Shown piece by piece: positions 59,676 to 64,000 of a stretch of 64,000 nt of DNA. The DNA is from Sedimentisphaeraceae bacterium JB056 (GTDB lineage Bacteria; Planctomycetota; Phycisphaerae; Sedimentisphaerales; Sedimentisphaeraceae). The DNA lies in the NCBI GenBank assembly GCA_044440125.1, contig JBITAJ010000027.1, positions 192,001 through 256,000 on the forward strand. Reading direction: 5' to 3'. Each line of letters starts with the position of its first letter. The stretch's first letter is position 1. Both the position numbers and the translations under genes were made by a program. Under the pieces are notes generated by a model, which did no database searches, was not told the DNA's origin, and worked only from the letters and a program-made list of their open reading frames with translations.

Positions 59676-62321
59676 ATGAAAAGAACGATTTTTGCCTTTA
59701 TGGCGGTTCTGTGCGGAATGGCATTAGCCTTGGAACCAGTGGCTTTACGCCATATTCCGTTTGAAAACGATTTCGGTGGTGCGGCTCTGGTCGACGATGA
59801 GGGCAGTGTTGCCGGTGATATTCAATTAATATCCGGCGGTATGGTTGGTAACTGTTCAGAGTGGACCAACCCTACAGACCCAAGTCAGGGTGACAATCTT
59901 CAGTATTTAGGTGCGATAGGTGATGAAGGTACTGTAGCTATGTATCTTAAGGTTCCTTCGGCTTACAACTACATGAATTTCTGGGATTGCGGCGCTGTTG
60001 CATGGAACTGGGAGGCGTATTGCGACTCAACAGGCCATGTTACAAGTAAAACAGGCGGTTATCCTGCGGCTCAGTTTGATATGGGTGCTACAGGGGATGT
60101 GCCTCTCAATACATGGTTCCATTATGCATGGAGCTGGAACAAGGCTACCGGTGAACAGAAAGTTTATATTGACGGCTCGCTTGTAGCAAGTGTTGTCAAC
60201 GGCAACTGGGTAGATCCTGCGGCGAGATTCAATGTCGGCGGCGGAACTGGTAACTGGAAGTACAACGGCTTTATGGATGAATTTTACATTTTCGATAAGG
60301 CTTTGAGTCAAGACGAACTTACAGCACTGACAACTAACAGTATGCTTGGCGTTCTTGCGGCTGATCCAGCGCCTTATGCCGGCGAACTTGTTACGACATC
60401 ATCTTTGGATCTGGCATGGACTGCACCGGCAAACGTTGCTTCTCCAACCTATGATGTTTATCTCAGTACTGATCCTAATCTGGCGGATTCATCAAGGAAA
60501 ATCGCTTCAAATATCTCAGCAACGACTTATAACTATACTCTGCCGACCAATGGCGTTAAGTATTACTGGAAAGTCGATGTGATTGACGGAGAGGATGTTT
60601 ATTCAGGCGTTGAGTGGAGCTTTGATGCTCTTCTTGGCGAAACCAAGCCTATAGCTGTAGCGTATGTTCCATTCGAAGACAGCAAGTTTGACGGAGTTAC
60701 ATATCTTGATGATCAGGACGGCGTTGCCGGCAGCATTGACATTGTTTCAGAAGGCGGCGTTGCTAACATGGGCAGCTACGGCGACTGGAATAACCCAACG
60801 ACTGCTACTGACGGTGATTCGCTTTATGCCGTTCATCCGGGACTTTCCGGTACGGTTGCAATGTGGGTTAAGTATGATTATGCGGCCTTGGGAGTCTACG
60901 CAGTAATGTGGGATTCTTCAGTGACCGGTAATGACTGGAAAGCGTGGGCTTATATTGACAACAATATGAATGTACGTCTTAATGGTGCCGCGTGGCAGGC
61001 CAATTCAGGTTCGGCTTCTGATTTTACGCAGTGGAATCATGTAGCATGGACATGGGATTCTGACGGAATAACCGCTGATACGGCTCTGTTTATAAATGGT
61101 GTCGAGGTTAATCGCAGATCACAAAACTGGGATGATCATGCAGATGTCATGAGAATCGGCGGCGGCGGAGCGTGGTATCCAAAATTCGCCGGCGGAATGG
61201 ATGAGGCATACGTATTTGATATGGCTCTGACATCAGATGAAATTGCAGCAATGGTTAACGATGGTGACAAGATCGCCCGTAATCCTCATCCTGCAGCATC
61301 TTCAGCTTCTGCCCCAGCAAGAGGTATTCTCACATGGGATGCTCCTGCGGGAGTTGCAGCTCCAACCTACAATGTATATTTCAGTACAGATTCAACGCTT
61401 TACAATTCGCTTGTCGGAAGTACCACAGATGCGAGCTTTGATGCTTCATCATTGATTGAAGCTGATACGAAGTATTACTGGAGAGTCGATGTGGTTGACG
61501 GTGTTGATACTTATGAGGGTTACATCTGGAGCTTCACTTCAGGATACTCAGATGTCGATATCGATGTCAATGGTATCGTTGATATGACTGACTATTCGGT
61601 TGTCGCAGACTACTGGATGGACAGTACCGTAACCGCTGAAGAGATCGAGATGATCATTGATGATTTCGAGTCTTACGCGGCTAAGCCTGCAGATCCTAAT
61701 GTGGCGGATGTATGGCTTCCAAGAGAGTCTTTTGCTTCTGATCAGTATGGCGTCAAGTCGATAGACGTAACGCCTGCAAATGATGGTCAGGCTTTGATGC
61801 TGACATATGATTTTACCGGTGTCAGCGGAAACAGTGATTGGGCTATAGCGGATTACAAATTACTGTTTGATGCTCCAATAAACTTGAGTGATTATGATTA
61901 CTTCCAGCTCAAGTATAACTGTCATGAAGGTAACAGCAAGGAAGATCACCTGAGTGCCAAGTTCCTTTCAGGTCCTTCGGCTGATTTTGGCGATACTATT
62001 TATCCGGGACTGTTCCAGTATGATGGTTTTGCCGGTGGTGTCTCTACAGATGCAGCTCCAGGCTGGAATACGGTAACCGTAGATATTTCAGGCAGGACAG
62101 ACTTGACGGCTGTTGTCGGTATTGTTCTTGATGTATCAACATGGCCTGAGACTGAAGCACCGACATACGTTGGTGAAAGAGGAACCGGCGTTGTTGAGTT
62201 TGATGATATCAGAATCTTTACAGAAAAACAATGCTCTGGTGAACAGATCGCTGACTTTGACGGTGACTGCGAAGTTACTGTTCTGGACCTTGAAGCACTT
62301 GCAGCAGAATGGCTTTATTGA
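59676..62321 (+). CDS. Secreted protein: two LamG/concanavalin-like + FN3-like units, then a CBM-like domain between dockerin-like repeats
   Basis: Signal peptide; two W.H.AW.W...Y/FI.G...G.MDE.Y.FD.AL motifs; two KYYW.VD units; two DxDxD-like EF-hand repeats. Confidence 0.8.
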   Translation: MKRTIFAFMAVLCGMALALEPVALRHIPFENDFGGAALVDDEGSVAGDIQLISGGMVGNCSEWTNPTDPSQGDNLQYLGAIGDEGTVAMYLKVPSAYNYMNFWDCGAVAWNWEAYCDSTGHVTSKTGGYPAAQFDMGATGDVPLNTWFHYAWSWNKATGEQKVYIDGSLVASVVNGNWVDPAARFNVGGGTGNWKYNGFMDEFYIFDKALSQDELTALTTNSMLGVLAADPAPYAGELVTTSSLDLAWTAPANVASPTYDVYLSTDPNLADSSRKIASNISATTYNYTLPTNGVKYYWKVDVIDGEDVYSGVEWSFDALLGETKPIAVAYVPFEDSKFDGVTYLDDQDGVAGSIDIVSEGGVANMGSYGDWNNPTTATDGDSLYAVHPGLSGTVAMWVKYDYAALGVYAVMWDSSVTGNDWKAWAYIDNNMNVRLNGAAWQANSGSASDFTQWNHVAWTWDSDGITADTALFINGVEVNRRSQNWDDHADVMRIGGGGAWYPKFAGGMDEAYVFDMALTSDEIAAMVNDGDKIARNPHPAASSASAPARGILTWDAPAGVAAPTYNVYFSTDSTLYNSLVGSTTDASFDASSLIEADTKYYWRVDVVDGVDTYEGYIWSFTSGYSDVDIDVNGIVDMTDYSVVADYWMDSTVTAEEIEMIIDDFESYAAKPADPNVADVWLPRESFASDQYGVKSIDVTPANDGQALMLTYDFTGVSGNSDWAIADYKLLFDAPINLSDYDYFQLKYNCHEGNSKEDHLSAKFLSGPSADFGDTIYPGLFQYDGFAGGVSTDAAPGWNTVTVDISGRTDLTAVVGIVLDVSTWPETEAPTYVGERGTGVVEFDDIRIFTEKQCSGEQIADFDGDCEVTVLDLEALAAEWLY

Positions 62322-62344
62322 TAATATTAGTTAAATGATAAAAA

Positions 62345-62383
62345 ATGTTCCCGCTTCGGGTTCTCTTTCTGAGGCGGGAACAT
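62345..62383 (+). promoter_or_regulatory. Intergenic stem-loop without a U-tract (possible mRNA stabiliser)
   Basis: ATGTTCCCGC/GCGGGAACAT stem. Confidence 0.5.
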
Positions 62384-62402
62384 ACCTAAAGGGTGGACGA
62401 TT

Positions 62403-63236
62403 ATGAAAATTGAAAAGACTGCACAAAAAGGTTTTACTCTCATTGAATTGCTTGTGGTTATTTCTATTATAGCAGTGCTGATGTCTATAATGATGCCTGC
62501 TCTGGGCAAAGCCCGCGAAATGGCAAAGGCGAGTATCTGCAAGAATAATATGAAGCAGTTAGGTACTGCTACCGGTCTCTATTCGGTTGATTGCGAAGGC
62601 CGCCTGCCGGCAGCTTATCCATATGAGCCAGGTTACACAGGACATAAGGATGTTCCCAACGGCTGGACAATATGGTTTGCTGAAGATAATACGACAGTGA
62701 CCAATGGACTTGGCGGTGCTCCGATAGGCAGCGGTTTTGGAATCGGAAAATATATTGACTTGCGACTTGTTCTTAATGAAGTTCAAAACACAAAGTCTCC
62801 TGAAGACAGCAAGACCGTTCTGACATGTCCTTCCGTAAGCAAGCGTGAGATGGATTATTCTTTTCCAAGTCGAGTTTCTGTAGGTTATAACATTGAATTT
62901 GCTGAAATGAAGGCTTCGCAAACAAGAACTCCTTCTTCTAAAATTCTCTATGCTGATGCCAACTGGTATTGCTTCGATCATGATCGCTTCCTGTATAGAG
63001 ACAATCCGAGTGTACCTCACAACACTAAGTGGTATTCAACAAGGCAGCCTTATACCGTTGATGGTTCAAACACCGCAGGCAGCGAGCCATTGGAAGTTCT
63101 GCCAGGTCGTCATGGCGGTAAACTGAGTATTGCATTTGTTGATGGACACGCCGAAGATATCGACAAAGAGGATCTTACACGTAATCTTGTTGATAACGGT
63201 ATTCGTGAACACGGTTGGTGGGACGATCACGAATGA
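62403..63236 (+). CDS. Prepilin-type N-terminal cleavage/methylation protein with an H-X9-DG C-terminal motif (DUF1559-like)
   Basis: [27 protein letters not shown]...[23 protein letters not shown]. Confidence 0.93.
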   Translation: MKIEKTAQKGFTLIELLVVISIIAVLMSIMMPALGKAREMAKASICKNNMKQLGTATGLYSVDCEGRLPAAYPYEPGYTGHKDVPNGWTIWFAEDNTTVTNGLGGAPIGSGFGIGKYIDLRLVLNEVQNTKSPEDSKTVLTCPSVSKREMDYSFPSRVSVGYNIEFAEMKASQTRTPSSKILYADANWYCFDHDRFLYRDNPSVPHNTKWYSTRQPYTVDGSNTAGSEPLEVLPGRHGGKLSIAFVDGHAEDIDKEDLTRNLVDNGIREHGWWDDHE

Positions 63237-63378
63237 TCTTTTAGTTTTGAGGCAGGTTAGGTTGCTTAATTGATAGTGTGGCTGTAATAGGTAATATAAT
63301 TGCATCTATAGACAAGCCTCTTGATTTTGGATATGACTTTTTTGCTTCAACTATGCAAAAGGTTGGAAGGGATTTTTT

Positions 63379-64000
63379 ATGCAATTGACAGGAACATTTC
63401 TTGATGAAATAACTCACGATATCCCATCGTCTAATTGGGGACCTAAAGAATGGGAAAAAGATTTTAAGGCAATGAAGAGTATCGGTATTGATACTGTTAT
63501 CGTAATAAGGAATGGTTACAAAAACAAAACCACCTTTGACTCTAAAGTGGTCAATAACTTATGCGGTTCCACAATACCTGTACCATTCGATCTGCTTGAA
63601 GTATTTCTTGATCAGGCAGAAGCCAATGATATGGATTTGTTTTTCGGAACTTATGACAGCGGTAATTACTGGATGCGAGGTGATTACCAGAAAGAAGTTG
63701 ATATAAACAGGGCTTTTGTAGAGGAAGCTGTTTATAAGTACGGCATGAGGAGAGCCTTTAAGGGCTGGTATATAAGCCATGAGGTTGATACGTACAACCC
63801 CGCTGTAATGAAGGTTTATCGTCAGCTTGGCAAACACCTCAAAGATCTTAAGGATATGCCGATACTGATATCACCTTACATTCACGGTAAGAAGCAATTT
63901 GCTGAGAATCCTACTACTCTTGCAGATCATGAGAAGCAATGGGACAAGGTGTTTTCAGAGATACAGGATTGCGTTGATATCGTGGCATTCCAGGATGGCA
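63379..64000 (+). CDS. DUF4434-like putative glycoside hydrolase, paralog of 1709..2689; 3'-truncated by the window edge
   Basis: Hand translation MQLTGTFLDEITHDIPSSNWGPKEWEKDFKAMKSIGIDTV...GWYISHE...AFQDG; open to the end of the window and absent from the ORF track. Confidence 0.9.
   Translation, partial: MQLTGTFLDEITHDIPSSNWGPKEWEKDFKAMKSIGIDTVIVIRNGYKNKTTFDSKVVNNLCGSTIPVPFDLLEVFLDQAEANDMDLFFGTYDSGNYWMRGDYQKEVDINRAFVEEAVYKYGMRRAFKGWYISHEVDTYNPAVMKVYRQLGKHLKDLKDMPILISPYIHGKKQFAENPTTLADHEKQWDKVFSEIQDCVDIVAFQDG

Overview
This window looks like chromosome from a Planctomycetota bacterium, probably Phycisphaerae/Sedimentisphaerales-like. That is inferred from 16S signatures, the planctomycete-type RpoB/S12 motifs, a prepilin H-X9-DG protein and dockerin-like C-termini. 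From left to right it holds: (1) the 3' part of a glycan/amino-sugar utilisation cluster (DUF4434-like, DUF5009-like, phosphodiester glycosidase, Tat metallophosphoesterase, N-acylglucosamine 2-epimerase, SGNH hydrolase); (2) housekeeping genes (MsbA-like ABC exporter, GT9, mnmA, ilvB-ilvN-ilvC, TlpA, gltA); (3) a stand-alone 16S rRNA gene with no linked 23S; (4) argB-argD-argF and murJ; (5) the tRNA-Thr-tuf-rpmG-tRNA-Trp-secE-nusG-rplKAJL-rpoBC-rpsLG cluster, which ends without fusA; (6) a type I restriction-modification locus flanked by a mosaic of short-period repeats, with a translationally coupled coiled-coil+CHAT (caspase-like) protease gene and an uncharacterised partner inserted between hsdS and hsdR, which is the best candidate for an undescribed defence module; (7) the start of a second, LacI-regulated glycan cluster (LamG/dockerin-like protein, prepilin-type protein, second DUF4434 paralog). 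A dispersed REP-like palindrome family and several candidate RNA leaders are also visible. All family assignments come from motif recognition by eye; no searches were run.
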